A DNA stretch of 64,000 bases, taken from NCBI GenBank assembly GCA_017405945.1, contig JAFQZL010000039.1, forward strand, positions 19,335 through 83,334, read 5' to 3'. Source of the stretch: Acidaminococcaceae bacterium. GTDB lineage: Bacteria > Bacillota > Negativicutes > Acidaminococcales > Acidaminococcaceae. This document shows, in pieces, positions 36,751-46,304 of this stretch. Both the position numbers and the translations under genes were made by a program. The first letter of the stretch is position 1; every line of letters starts with the position of its first letter. The notes beneath the pieces were generated by a model that had not been told where the DNA came from, made no database searches, and saw only the letters and a program-made list of their open reading frames with translations.

Positions 36751-37386
36751 TTATTTCACTAGCGCCGCCCCCATCTCAAATGCCTTTTTGCATTCCTGCG
36801 GGAACACCGTTTCGTGACGCGCTTTTTTTGCTTCCGGATCAAAAAGCGTCCAGGGCCAGTCCAGCTTGCTGTAATCTTTCAATTGCAACGTGTCACCGCT
36901 GACAAGAATCTCCGTCGGACCTACCAGAAGGTTCAGGGTCTTGCGATAATTTTCCAGCAGCTGGGTATAATACGTATCCGGCGCGTTGCTGGTCATGATC
37001 AGCAGCACGGGGATCATGTGGGCATTGCAGCAATAGTTTTCCTTGTTGTACGTGAGGTTCTGGAAGGTCAGACGTTCATACAGAGCCCGGAATACCGCGG
37101 TCATTTCCGAAAGATAAACCGGCGAGCCGATGATCAGCCCGTCCGCTTCCCGGATTGCGTCCAGCACCGGGGTCAGCCCGTCACGGCAAATACAGTGGCC
37201 TTTAAACTTTTCCTTTTTGCAGCCGAAACAGGAAATACACCCGGTAAATTTTTCCAGACGGTACAAATCAAACTTCTGAATCTCTGCGCCGGCCGACTCC
37301 GCGCCTTTCGCCGCTTCCGTCACCAGCGTATCTGTATTCCACCCCTTGCGCGGGCTGGCGTTCACTGCTACAATCTTTTTGCTCAT
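36751..37386 (-). CDS. Flavodoxin/ISF-like FMN reductase
   Basis: NASPRKGWNT, CISCFGCK...C, GSPVY. Confidence 0.88.
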   Translation of the reverse strand: MSKKIVAVNASPRKGWNTDTLVTEAAKGAESAGAEIQKFDLYRLEKFTGCISCFGCKKEKFKGHCICRDGLTPVLDAIREADGLIIGSPVYLSEMTAVFRALYERLTFQNLTYNKENYCCNAHMIPVLLIMTSNAPDTYYTQLLENYRKTLNLLVGPTEILVSGDTLQLKDYSKLDWPWTLFDPEAKKARHETVFPQECKKAFEMGAALVK

Positions 37387-37422
37387 GGAACTCGCCTCCG
37401 GTAAATTCTATAATTAGTTACG

Positions 37423-37465
37423 CGCATAAAAATCCCCAACTATAAAGTCAGGGATTTTATGTGCG
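37423..37465. terminator. Intrinsic terminator after the peroxidase gene
   Basis: CGCATAAAATCCC...GGGATTTTATGTGCG. Confidence 0.7.
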
Positions 37466-37503
37466 GATTATTGTACAGTTTATAACTTTACAACTATGTC
37501 CGT

Positions 37504-38055
37504 TTACAGCAGCGCCTCGATGTCTTTCTCCATATCTTCCGGCGCCGTGGTGGGTTCAAAACGTTTTACCACATTGCCTTCTTTATCAACCAGGAATTTC
37601 GTGAAATTCCATTTAATGCCGTCCCCTTCCAGATATTCCGGGAAGTTTGCCTTGAGCACTTCTTCCAGTTTACCGGCAATAGGATGTTTCTTATCGAATC
37701 CTTCAAAACCTTTTTCTTTTGTCAGGAATTTAAACAGCGGCTGCGCTGTTTCGCCCCGTACATCGCCTTTTTCAAAGATCTGGAAGGTGACCCCGTAATT
37801 GAAGCGGCAGAACTGCTCGATAGCGCTATTTCCTTCCGGATCCTGTTCCGCGAACTGGTTGCAGGGGAACCCTAAAATTTCCAGCCCCTGCCCTTTGTAT
37901 TTCATATACAAATCCTGCAGTCCCTTGAACTGGGGAGTAAAGCCGCATTTGCTGGCAGTGTTGACGATGATCAGTACTTTTCCTTTATAATCCGCCAGCG
38001 ACTTTTCCTTACCCTGGCTGGTCTTTACCGTAAAATCATATACGCCCATAATCAT
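37504..38055 (-). CDS. Glutathione peroxidase family (Cys-type)
   Basis: NTASKCGFTPQ, FPCNQF, KWNFTKF; second Cys in FCRFNYGV. Confidence 0.95.
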   Translation of the reverse strand: MIMGVYDFTVKTSQGKEKSLADYKGKVLIIVNTASKCGFTPQFKGLQDLYMKYKGQGLEILGFPCNQFAEQDPEGNSAIEQFCRFNYGVTFQIFEKGDVRGETAQPLFKFLTKEKGFEGFDKKHPIAGKLEEVLKANFPEYLEGDGIKWNFTKFLVDKEGNVVKRFEPTTAPEDMEKDIEALL

Positions 38056-38140
38056 TCCCTCCTTTATGTGTCTTGTTTTTTCAAATTTCCGTTCCTGCAG
38101 TTTCCGACTTATTTAATAAGCGCAATTTTTTTCACTGCTT

Positions 38141-38371
38141 TTATAATCCCAGCAGCGCATCCAGCTTCGCCTTGTCAAAGCTCACCACAAAATCTTTGCC
38201 GTTCACCGTTGTTACCGGCACGATCAGATCGCCGGAAATCTTGTAGCATTCCTCCCGGTCTTCTTCGCTCAGTTCGATGTTGTGTTCTTCAAATTCCACA
38301 TTTTTGGATTTCAGATATTTTTTTACCTTCTCGCACCAGGGACAGGTCGTAATCGAATACACTTTTACCAT
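38141..38371 (-). CDS. NrdH-like glutaredoxin
   Basis: 76 aa, CPWC, VPVT. Confidence 0.9.
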   Translation of the reverse strand: MVKVYSITTCPWCEKVKKYLKSKNVEFEEHNIELSEEDREECYKISGDLIVPVTTVNGKDFVVSFDKAKLDALLGL

Positions 38372-38487
38372 TTTTTCTTTCCTCCTGATTCAATACTATC
38401 GTTTCCAATCCTTTGAAGCTGAAAAAGATTTGCTTTTTCGCTTTCTGTTTTACTCACTGAAACACTTCGGCATCACTTTGATCCGGT

Positions 38488-39423
38488 TCATTCCTGTCGC
38501 ATCCTGCTCAGGTACTGTTCCGCCAAGAGCGCCGCCGTAGTCCCGTCTGCCGCTGCCGTTGTCAGCTGACGGATCTCTTTCACCCGCACGTCCCCCGCCG
38601 CAAATACGCCCGGCAGGTTCGTCCTGCAGTCTTCGCCCGCGATGATCCGCCCGTTTTCGTCCATCTCCACCTGGCCTTTGAACAGTTCCGTGTTGGGGAT
38701 CACGCCAATGTTTACGAAGATACCGTCCACCGCCACTTCCTGTTCTTGGCCGGTAGTTTTGTCAATCACTGTCACCGTTTCCAGCTTTCCATCACCATGC
38801 AGTGATTCAATTTCCGTGTTCAGGCAGATGGTGGCTTTCTCATTCTTTTTCAGCCGTTCCTGGGAAACAGTATCCGCTTTTAACTGGGACCGGTGGATCA
38901 GCAGCAGCTTTGATGCATATTTGGTGAGGAAATTGGCCGCGTCCACGGCCGCGTTGCCGCCGCCCATCACCGCAATCACCTTGTCCTGATACATATGCCC
39001 GTCGCAGAGTTCGCAGTAATGCACACCCCGCCCGGCATATTTCGCCTCTTCCGGCAGGGGGAGCTTGCGGCGATTCATACCGGAAGCGATGATCACCACA
39101 TCCGCTTCGTAGATGCACCCTTCCGTTTCCACAATCTTCGGTGATTTGGTCAAATCTACGCGTTCAATCGGATCAAATTCATCCACCTCGGCGCCGAAAG
39201 ATTCCGCCTGCTGCTGCACCGTCGCAATGAGGTCCCCGCCGGCAATCACCTTGTGACCGGGATAATTCTCAATCCCTGTGGCATTGGCGATCTGTCCGCC
39301 CACCAGCGCGTTTTCCAATACCAGCACAGAGAGATTCATGCGCCCGGCATATAAAGCGGCCGTCAGGCCTGCCATACCCGCTCCGATAATAATAATATCC
39401 TTCTTTTTAATTTCTTTCGCCAT
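38488..39423 (-). CDS. trxB: Thioredoxin-disulfide reductase
   Basis: GAGMAG FAD motif, CELCD redox site, GGGNAA, FAAGD. Confidence 0.92.
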   Translation of the reverse strand: MAKEIKKKDIIIIGAGMAGLTAALYAGRMNLSVLVLENALVGGQIANATGIENYPGHKVIAGGDLIATVQQQAESFGAEVDEFDPIERVDLTKSPKIVETEGCIYEADVVIIASGMNRRKLPLPEEAKYAGRGVHYCELCDGHMYQDKVIAVMGGGNAAVDAANFLTKYASKLLLIHRSQLKADTVSQERLKKNEKATICLNTEIESLHGDGKLETVTVIDKTTGQEQEVAVDGIFVNIGVIPNTELFKGQVEMDENGRIIAGEDCRTNLPGVFAAGDVRVKEIRQLTTAAADGTTAALLAEQYLSRMRQE

Positions 39424-39510
39424 GGAATCCCTCCCTGCCTTTTATTCTTACATTTATTGTAACATAGTTGTCACTGTCAAATTTTGATTTTTGTATGAAA
39501 CCTTGGCTCG

Positions 39511-39852
39511 TTATTTTCTTTCCAGTTTCTCATATTTAAAGTTGCCGCCTACACCGAAATGGATCACCCATTCCGGTTTTACGGAAATCGGGATCCAGTA
39601 CCCAAAGGCAACGCCAAAGGCACCGTCATACGTAATGTAAATCGGTTCGCCCTTATCTACTGCTTCATTCAGGCGGCAGCCCCGATGGTCTGGTCTGCCC
39701 ACAGCAGAACACTTGATGCCGGGCTTTAATCCCATGGCTTCCGCTTATTTGTTTACAGCAATAATCTCCCGGCTTTTCTGGGTAATCGTTACCGGTTCGG
39801 GAAAATCCCCCCACATTAAATGGAACGCATTGATGATTTCCTGATCTGTCAT
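39511..39852 (-). pseudogene. Small hypothetical gene (possible PAS-like fold) interrupted by an in-frame TAA at 39745-39747
   Basis: AAGGAGG RBS; MTDQEIINAFHLMWGDFPEPV...VNK*AEAMGLKPGIKC... continues in the same frame to 113 codons. Confidence 0.8.
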
Positions 39853-39974
39853 TTTAGTTTCCTCCTTACGTCTTTATTCCCGTTGGTTTTTTATTTCCCG
39901 TCTTTCTTAAATTTCTTTTTTACTTCCTGCAAAGCCGTAACAAATTCCGGGGTTCTTCATTCATTTACCCTGCC

Positions 39975-40826
39975 TCACAGGAAAACATCAGGTTCCAGCC
40001 GCTCTTGTTTAAAAATATCAATAAATCCTTTCATAAACTCCGTCACCTCCGGACTGGCGACAGAGATGGCGTGCATCGGGCAGCGGTTGATGCAGCCGTA
40101 GCAGCCAATGCAGGCTTCCAGGTTAAAGGTTTTAGTTTCAATGTCAATGGCATCCGTCGGGCAGTTCCGGACGCAGGTTTTACATTTTATGCAGGCATCC
40201 GATATTTTCTTTGCCCTGAACTCCAGTGGAAAATTGTAGGGTTCTTTATTCTTCTCCCGGAAAGCGATAATCTGATTATACTGTTCAGATGACGACCAGT
40301 GGGTAACCGGCTGCTTGTGAAGGGTATAGTCTCCAGCCAGGATTTTTTCATAAGCCTTGCGCCCAAAATCCACCATGATTGCTTCATCCTTTGCGTCCGG
40401 ACGGCCGGCGCCAAGTTCCGGTGCCATGGTATGCTGGGCAATAAAAGCGCCCAGGGCGCAAACCCGGAAGCCCCTGCCTTCCGCCCGTTCTTTCATTTCC
40501 GTAAGTGCCACGCCGTAATAGGCGTTACCAAAGGACACCACGCCGATAAACGGCGTTTCGTTTCCCTGCAGACAGCCAAACAGCTCCTCAGCTTTCGTAA
40601 AAAGCATACCGGCGGAAAGGGAACCGTAAATCACCAGGTCATCCTTTCCGAAAACATATTGTTTCTTCCGTGCCGCGGAAGGCAGAAGGTTATACGTTTT
40701 TACCTCAGGCCCCTGAATACCTGATGCAATCTTGCGGACAATTTTTTCCGTAGAACCGCTGGGGCTGAAATACACGAGGTGAATACATTTGATTCCTGTT
40801 GCACTCATGATGATTCCCTTTCTCAA
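39975..40826 (-). CDS. EFR1-family flavodoxin-ferredoxin fusion
   Basis: YFSPSGST, CIKCKTCVRNCP, CIGCYGCINRCP. Confidence 0.88.
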   Translation of the reverse strand: MRKGIIMSATGIKCIHLVYFSPSGSTEKIVRKIASGIQGPEVKTYNLLPSAARKKQYVFGKDDLVIYGSLSAGMLFTKAEELFGCLQGNETPFIGVVSFGNAYYGVALTEMKERAEGRGFRVCALGAFIAQHTMAPELGAGRPDAKDEAIMVDFGRKAYEKILAGDYTLHKQPVTHWSSSEQYNQIIAFREKNKEPYNFPLEFRAKKISDACIKCKTCVRNCPTDAIDIETKTFNLEACIGCYGCINRCPMHAISVASPEVTEFMKGFIDIFKQERLEPDVFL

Positions 40827-40840
40827 AACTGAATTAATCT

Positions 40841-41599
40841 TTATCCATTTGCGTCAATGATGTCTTTCAGGCTTACATGTTCGTTGCGGAAGCGCACGGA
40901 ACTCTGTTCCACCGGTAAATGAATCGCATTTTGGGGACAGTTGTGCAGACAGGCATAGCAGACCTCACAGCTGCTGCCAAAAGTCACTTTATCCGTTACT
41001 TTTATGTTGCTTGCCGGGCAAACCCTGGCACAGATTCCGCAGCGGATGCAATTACCGTTGACAATATAGCCCTGCGCCGTATCTTTTCGTAAAATGGGAA
41101 CCGCCAGCCTTTGGGCGTACGTTGCCATCTCTGCTTCTGTTTCCTTGGTAACCGTCACAACAGTCTGCTTGCGTTCCCAGATGTCCCGGCAGACATTTTC
41201 AATCTGACCCTCCACGTTTTTTTGGGGAAGCGTGTCAATTTGGTTTTGCATTTCAAAGACAGGCAGATAATTGTCCACCATCTGCACCGCATTAATATAA
41301 CTGAGCTTCAGGCCCGCTTTGCGCGCTGCCAGCTCCACGTGGGCAAAAGCTGCCGCATAGCCCATACCAAAGGTATAGATAAAAAAGAAATACGGCGTCA
41401 CAATTTTCGCCTTCGCCATGAATTCCCGCACCATCATCGGCATTTCACAGGCATAGACAGGACAGACGATTCCCACGGCCTCGTCTTCAATTTCTATGGT
41501 ATCCTGCCGCATGAGCTGCGGAATCGAAAGAAGCGTTCCGCCAATCCGGCGGGCCACATACAGGCAGTTACCGCTTGCGGTAAAATAACATATGGTCAC
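40841..41599 (-). CDS. EFR1-family flavodoxin-ferredoxin fusion
   Basis: YFTASGNC, CIRCGICARVCP, CEVCYACLHNCP. Confidence 0.9.
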   Translation of the reverse strand: MTICYFTASGNCLYVARRIGGTLLSIPQLMRQDTIEIEDEAVGIVCPVYACEMPMMVREFMAKAKIVTPYFFFIYTFGMGYAAAFAHVELAARKAGLKLSYINAVQMVDNYLPVFEMQNQIDTLPQKNVEGQIENVCRDIWERKQTVVTVTKETEAEMATYAQRLAVPILRKDTAQGYIVNGNCIRCGICARVCPASNIKVTDKVTFGSSCEVCYACLHNCPQNAIHLPVEQSSVRFRNEHVSLKDIIDANG

Positions 41600-41673
41600 G
41601 ATTTTTCCTCCCGTTATAAAATCTGTTTTCGTTTTTCCAGTTAGTCTGTAACGTTACCAAGGCAGGCCATATC

Positions 41674-42813
41674 TTAATCGGAAACATCCACGTCCGACAA
41701 GATGAAAAGCTCGTAATCCGGATAAGCCTTTTGCACTTCGTCCCGGAGAATCTGCAGTCCTTCCTTCGGATTGATATCAAAACTCATGACCGCGTCAAAG
41801 CGCATTTTCTTTTGGGGAATATCAATATGGAAACCATGCAACTGAAGCACCCATTCATGGGCCATTACAATCTCACGGACGTAATCCCGGATTTTTGCCG
41901 CTTCGTCGTTTCCGGTATTGTAGCCGTACACGCCCACACCCACCAGGGCGATGCCTGTCTCGTTATACACTTTTCTCTCTACCCGGCGGGTCAGTTTATC
42001 CACTTCATCCACTGTCATAGTGTCGGGCAGTTCCAAATGGACTGCCGCGTAATCTTTTTCCGGCCCGTAATTGAACAGGATCAGGTCATACGCGCCCTGC
42101 ACTTCCGGCTCTTCGTTTAACAGCGCCTTCACCTTCTGCGCCGTCTCTTTATCCGCTCGGATTCCCAGTATGTCATCCAGCGTCTCCGTAATCATTTCGA
42201 TGCCGGATTTTATAATGACAATAGAAATGACAACGCCTACATACGCTTCCAGCGAAATACCGCTCTTCAGGAAAATAATGGCCGAAACCAGGACAGAAAA
42301 AGACAGCACAGCGTCAAAGGTCGCGTCGGAGCCGGACGCGATCAATGAGCCGGAGTTAACCTTCTCTCCCTTTGTCTTTACGTATTTTCCCAAAACCAGT
42401 TTTACTACAATGGCTACAGCGATGATCACCAGGGAAGTGAGACTGTAATCCGGCGTTTCCGGTTCAATAATCTTCTTTACTGATTCCACCGCTGAGGTAA
42501 TGCCGGCGTAAAGCACGATGCCGGAAACAATCATCGCGCTGAGATATTCGATCCGTCCATAGCCAAGGGGATGCTTTTTATCCGGCAGCCTGGCCGCCAG
42601 CTTCGTTCCGATAATGGTAATTACAGAAGAAAGCGCGTCGGACAGATTGTTCACTGCGTCCAGAATGACCGCGATGGAATTGGACGCAAGCCCGATGGCC
42701 GCCTTAAATCCGGCCAGGAAAATATTGGTGACAATACCGATAATACTGGTTCGGATTATAACTTTGTCACGACTGCCTTCCATTTGTTCCAACACTGTGT
42801 TATTATCGTCCAT
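41674..42813 (-). CDS. Cation diffusion facilitator family transporter
   Basis: DAVNNLSD, HPLGYGRIEY, C-terminal dimerization domain. Confidence 0.93.
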   Translation of the reverse strand: MDDNNTVLEQMEGSRDKVIIRTSIIGIVTNIFLAGFKAAIGLASNSIAVILDAVNNLSDALSSVITIIGTKLAARLPDKKHPLGYGRIEYLSAMIVSGIVLYAGITSAVESVKKIIEPETPDYSLTSLVIIAVAIVVKLVLGKYVKTKGEKVNSGSLIASGSDATFDAVLSFSVLVSAIIFLKSGISLEAYVGVVISIVIIKSGIEMITETLDDILGIRADKETAQKVKALLNEEPEVQGAYDLILFNYGPEKDYAAVHLELPDTMTVDEVDKLTRRVERKVYNETGIALVGVGVYGYNTGNDEAAKIRDYVREIVMAHEWVLQLHGFHIDIPQKKMRFDAVMSFDINPKEGLQILRDEVQKAYPDYELFILSDVDVSD

Positions 42814-42852
42814 TTGATTATTAGAGTCCTTTACGTAAACGTATCTTTTAAA

Positions 42853-42880
42853 AAATCCCTGACAGATCCGTCAGGGATTT
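42853..42880. terminator. Intrinsic terminator
   Basis: AAATCCCTGAC-agatcc-GTCAGGGATTT. Confidence 0.75.
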
Positions 42881-42896
42881 CACAATTCACAACATC

Positions 42897-43859
42897 TCAT
42901 GCCTTATTATATTTGTCTTTTCCCTGACGGCAGCGCGGGCACTTCCAGTCCGCCGGCAGGTCTTCAAATTTCGTTCCGGGCGGGAAGCCGCGGTCGGGGT
43001 CGCCGATTTCCGGATCATAAATGTAACCGCAGATAGAGCAGATCCATTTGCCGGTAGCCTGCGCCGAAGCGATTTCATAATCCACAGGCAGCGACTCCGT
43101 GGGATAATCCAAATCACAGACCCGTTTGGCTTCCAGATTTTCGTAACCCAGCGGCGTATGGGTAGAGCAATAGACGGTGGGATTCTTGCGGATAAACGCG
43201 CGCACCCGGTTCAGGGTATCCCGCGCCGCATCTTTATCTTCATACACTACGGACAGTTTGTTTTCATACAGGGCTTCATCCGTATACGTCACGTCGCCGT
43301 GCATCATATAAAACAGTCCGCCGGCTTCCGCCACGATGATGCTGTTGCCCAGGGTATGCCCTTTGGCGGGAAGCAGATACACGCCTTCCGCTATTTTCTC
43401 CGAAGCATCAAATGTGTAATACGGACCGTCTTTGTATTCCACTCTAACAATATTGTCGCCTTTCAGACCCAGCGCATCCGCTTCTTCCGGCGCCATGTAA
43501 ATCTTAGCCTGGGGGAAACTGCGCAGCTCGCCGGTGTGGTCTTCATGCTTGTGGGTCACAAGGATTTTCGTAACCTGTTCCGGCTGATAGCCCAGTTCTT
43601 TCAGGGCGGAAACATAATCTTTGATTCTCGAGCCGATATAAATCTGCGTGGTTTCATCCACAACCATGTCCGGCGCTTCCAGGGGCATGCCCGTGTCCAC
43701 CAGGATGACTTCACTGCCGGTGTCAATCAGATAGTTCTGCAGTGTTGAACGGTAAACCACCTCAGGGTCAAATTTGTCCACGCCATCTTCGCCGCCCAAT
43801 GCGAAAGGTCGTTTCATAAAACCTTTTTCGTAAAGTTTGACTGCCTTAATTTCCAACAT
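42897..43859 (-). CDS. MBL-fold hydrolase fused to a C-terminal rubredoxin
   Basis: LVDTG, THKHEDH, GHTLG, HGD; [14 protein letters not shown]...DWKCPRC. Confidence 0.9.
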   Translation of the reverse strand: MLEIKAVKLYEKGFMKRPFALGGEDGVDKFDPEVVYRSTLQNYLIDTGSEVILVDTGMPLEAPDMVVDETTQIYIGSRIKDYVSALKELGYQPEQVTKILVTHKHEDHTGELRSFPQAKIYMAPEEADALGLKGDNIVRVEYKDGPYYTFDASEKIAEGVYLLPAKGHTLGNSIIVAEAGGLFYMMHGDVTYTDEALYENKLSVVYEDKDAARDTLNRVRAFIRKNPTVYCSTHTPLGYENLEAKRVCDLDYPTESLPVDYEIASAQATGKWICSICGYIYDPEIGDPDRGFPPGTKFEDLPADWKCPRCRQGKDKYNKA

Positions 43860-44138
43860 GATTCCCCCTTCCGGTCACAATAGCATAAATTATTAAAGTG
43901 TTGTATTGAGTACCTTATTTAGTTCTTTAATCGTTCGGGTCGTCCACGTAATCTACCTCGGAATACCCTGCGCAGAAAAACGTTTTACTCTGATTCTATC
44001 TTATCAGAAGCAGGATTATGAAAGAAAGTTTTAAAAAGGCCAATTCAAAAATAAACTTTACGATTTCTTTGTTTTGTAAACTTTTCGTGTTCGCACATTT
44101 TGCCGGCCACTCTGTAAAAGAAACCATACACACGGAAA

Positions 44139-44693
44139 TCAGCGTTTCCTTAAATACGGTTTCAACGGTTCCGGCATCGCTGCGTCAATCCGCGCCGCCA
44201 ATTCCTCCACAGGCATTTTTTCCCCATCCAGGAACCAGTCGTTAATGGCTTCGGACAAAGCCCGCATGTAAAACCGGAAATAGAAACTTATTTCGTCAGG
44301 AACTTCCTGCCAGCATTCCCGCTTACGGATATATTCCATCCATAGAGCAATAGCGTAATCGTTGGTCTGGTATCGGAATGATGTCTGGCCAGCGGTATTT
44401 TTCAGTACATTTTTATAAAAAGCGCGGTTTTCCTGCAACGGGGTGCAGCAGGCAATCAGCGCAGCCTGCCAGTTTATCGGAGATTTAGTGTCCGCAAGCA
44501 ACTCCTCTATGTTACGGTTGTAAATCCAGGCCAGCAGCTGGTATTTATCCTGAAAATGATTATAAAACGTGGTTGCCGTCAGCCCGCAGTTCTTCACAAT
44601 TTCTTTTACCGAAATTTTATCAACCGATTTGGTTTTGGCCAGCTCCATCATGGAAGCCGCCAGCACTTCCTTCGTCGTCTGGCGAATAATCAT
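44139..44693 (-). CDS. TetR family regulator (TetR_C_8 type)
   Basis: ISVKEIVKNCGLTATTFYNHFQDKYQL. Confidence 0.92.
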   Translation of the reverse strand: MIIRQTTKEVLAASMMELAKTKSVDKISVKEIVKNCGLTATTFYNHFQDKYQLLAWIYNRNIEELLADTKSPINWQAALIACCTPLQENRAFYKNVLKNTAGQTSFRYQTNDYAIALWMEYIRKRECWQEVPDEISFYFRFYMRALSEAINDWFLDGEKMPVEELAARIDAAMPEPLKPYLRKR

Positions 44694-44728
44694 GCCTTCA
44701 CCTTCTTTTATGAAAATTCTTTGTTTAA

Positions 44729-44765
44729 ATTATAACAAAACAGCCGCAGAAAAATCTACGACTGT
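44729..44765 (-). repeat. Hairpin fused to extended -10 element, copy C
   Basis: ATTATAACAAAACAGCCGCAGAAAAATCTACGACTGT. Confidence 0.85.
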
Positions 44766-44800
44766 TCCTGTACTTTTTCTTTCAGATGTTTTCGGATAAT

Positions 44801-45511
44801 TTAAACCAGCACTTCTTCTTTTTGAACGGCGCGGCCCGGTTCGAGAACCAAGAACTGATCGTCCCACATTCCCCTAAACAGTTTTTCCAGAAGATAGGTG
44901 CCGGCCTCCACGTATTCCATCTTCGCGCCAAGCCAGTCCGCATCCTTTTTTACAACAGCCGCGTATTCCGGCCGGCGGCACTGGTTGATGCCCGTGTCCA
45001 TAACGGATATGGTATTATATAAATCCATCCATTCCTTATGCCGCTTTTTCGCAGTCTCCTCGTCTACATTGTATGCTTTTACCAATCTTTCAAAAATGGC
45101 CTTAAAGGATTCCGTGGAAGGATCCATAGCCCGCACATAAAGATGACCGGGCGTTTTCAGGTTGCTGACAGGATCATCCTTTGTCTGCAGCAAAAGCGAT
45201 ACGCAGTCATCCACACGCGGAATGACTAGGCGGTAACGGGACTGCACCTGATTCCAGGAACCGCCGCAAAATCCCATGCAGACCAGAACCGTATCAATCC
45301 CCTCCGGCATCCGTTCCAGTTCCGCTTTGATATGTTCCTGCATTTCAACGGGGTCCCTATGATAGATGCGGTTCAGGTATCTGACCTGCATCTTTGTTCC
45401 CGCTCTGGCCTGCGCCGCTTCCACATATTCCGTAAGTGAACTGCAGGCCAATATGATTGTCTTATCCTGATTCATGATTGTTATATCCTGATTCATCGTA
45501 TCGCCTCGCAA
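44801..45511 (-). CDS. DUF1638 domain-containing protein
   Basis: IILAC, YHRDP, MGFCGG, PRVDDCVSLLL. Confidence 0.8.
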   Translation of the reverse strand: MRGDTMNQDITIMNQDKTIILACSSLTEYVEAAQARAGTKMQVRYLNRIYHRDPVEMQEHIKAELERMPEGIDTVLVCMGFCGGSWNQVQSRYRLVIPRVDDCVSLLLQTKDDPVSNLKTPGHLYVRAMDPSTESFKAIFERLVKAYNVDEETAKKRHKEWMDLYNTISVMDTGINQCRRPEYAAVVKKDADWLGAKMEYVEAGTYLLEKLFRGMWDDQFLVLEPGRAVQKEEVLV

Positions 45512-45526
45512 ATACTATTTTTGTTT

Positions 45527-45562
45527 ATTATAACAAAACAGCTGCAGAAAAACCACAGCTGT
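45527..45562 (-). repeat. Hairpin fused to extended -10 element, copy D
   Basis: ATTATAACAAAACAGCTGCAGAAAAACCACAGCTGT. Confidence 0.78.
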
Positions 45563-45668
45563 CAAAGTTACTGCGAGTTTTAATAATTATTTCACAATCC
45601 TTGTGTTGCGGGGCTGTCCGTATGGTATAATTGATTGAGATGAAAATACTGAAAAAGGTGGAATCAAA

Positions 45669-46160
45669 ATGAACAGCAAAAATATGAAACGGGTTTTCAT
45701 GCTCCTGTTAGCAGCCGCAGCAATGATGGCATTTCCGTCTGTTTCACACATGTTTGGCATGGGAAAACCGACGGAAAAGATTACGTCTTTTGAGATTGTC
45801 AAGCTTCGTCTGAGCGGTATGCGATTCACCACAGAGTACGAAATTGTAATGAAAGACAAGGAAGCCGAAGTAGTTGAATACGCGATTCGATATGAAAAAA
45901 ATGAGGATAAGCGCATTCCTCAGAGACAAACGGTATGCAGCGCTGACAGGATACTGAAGCTGTTGAACGACTGCGAACTGGTTTCCTGGGACGGTTTCCA
46001 CGGTAAGCACCCGAAAAACGTTAAGGACGGTATCATGTTCTCCCTCAATGCCACCGTCAACGGCGACAGGAAAATACGGGCGGAAGGCTCGGAGAATTTT
46101 CCGAAACATTTCAGGGAACTGAGGGACGGACTGCACGCCATCCTCAGTCAAAAGGATTAA
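45669..46160 (+). CDS. Hypothetical exported protein
   Basis: 163 aa with signal peptide; upstream TATAAT and a downstream terminator-like hairpin. Confidence 0.75.
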   Translation: MNSKNMKRVFMLLLAAAAMMAFPSVSHMFGMGKPTEKITSFEIVKLRLSGMRFTTEYEIVMKDKEAEVVEYAIRYEKNEDKRIPQRQTVCSADRILKLLNDCELVSWDGFHGKHPKNVKDGIMFSLNATVNGDRKIRAEGSENFPKHFRELRDGLHAILSQKD

Positions 46161-46304
46161 TTCCGCAGTTTGCCGGGTAACCTGTTTAGTTTCATAATCT
46201 TTGCGCCGGCGGTTCAGATAGACCGCCGGTTTTTTGTTTTTAGAAGAACTTTTTTTGCCTGCGCCGAAAACCACAGCCGGTTTATCAGAGCGCACGCCGC
46301 TTTA

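Noticed and set aside
44018-44245. 75-aa plus-strand ORF in the TetR/MBL-rubredoxin gap
   Set aside because: It overlaps the TetR 3' end antisense, has no motif, and has a composition typical of non-coding AT-rich DNA
14837-45562. The ~37-bp repeats as CRISPR repeats
   Set aside because: They are dispersed over 30 kb rather than arrayed with regular spacers, and there are no cas genes
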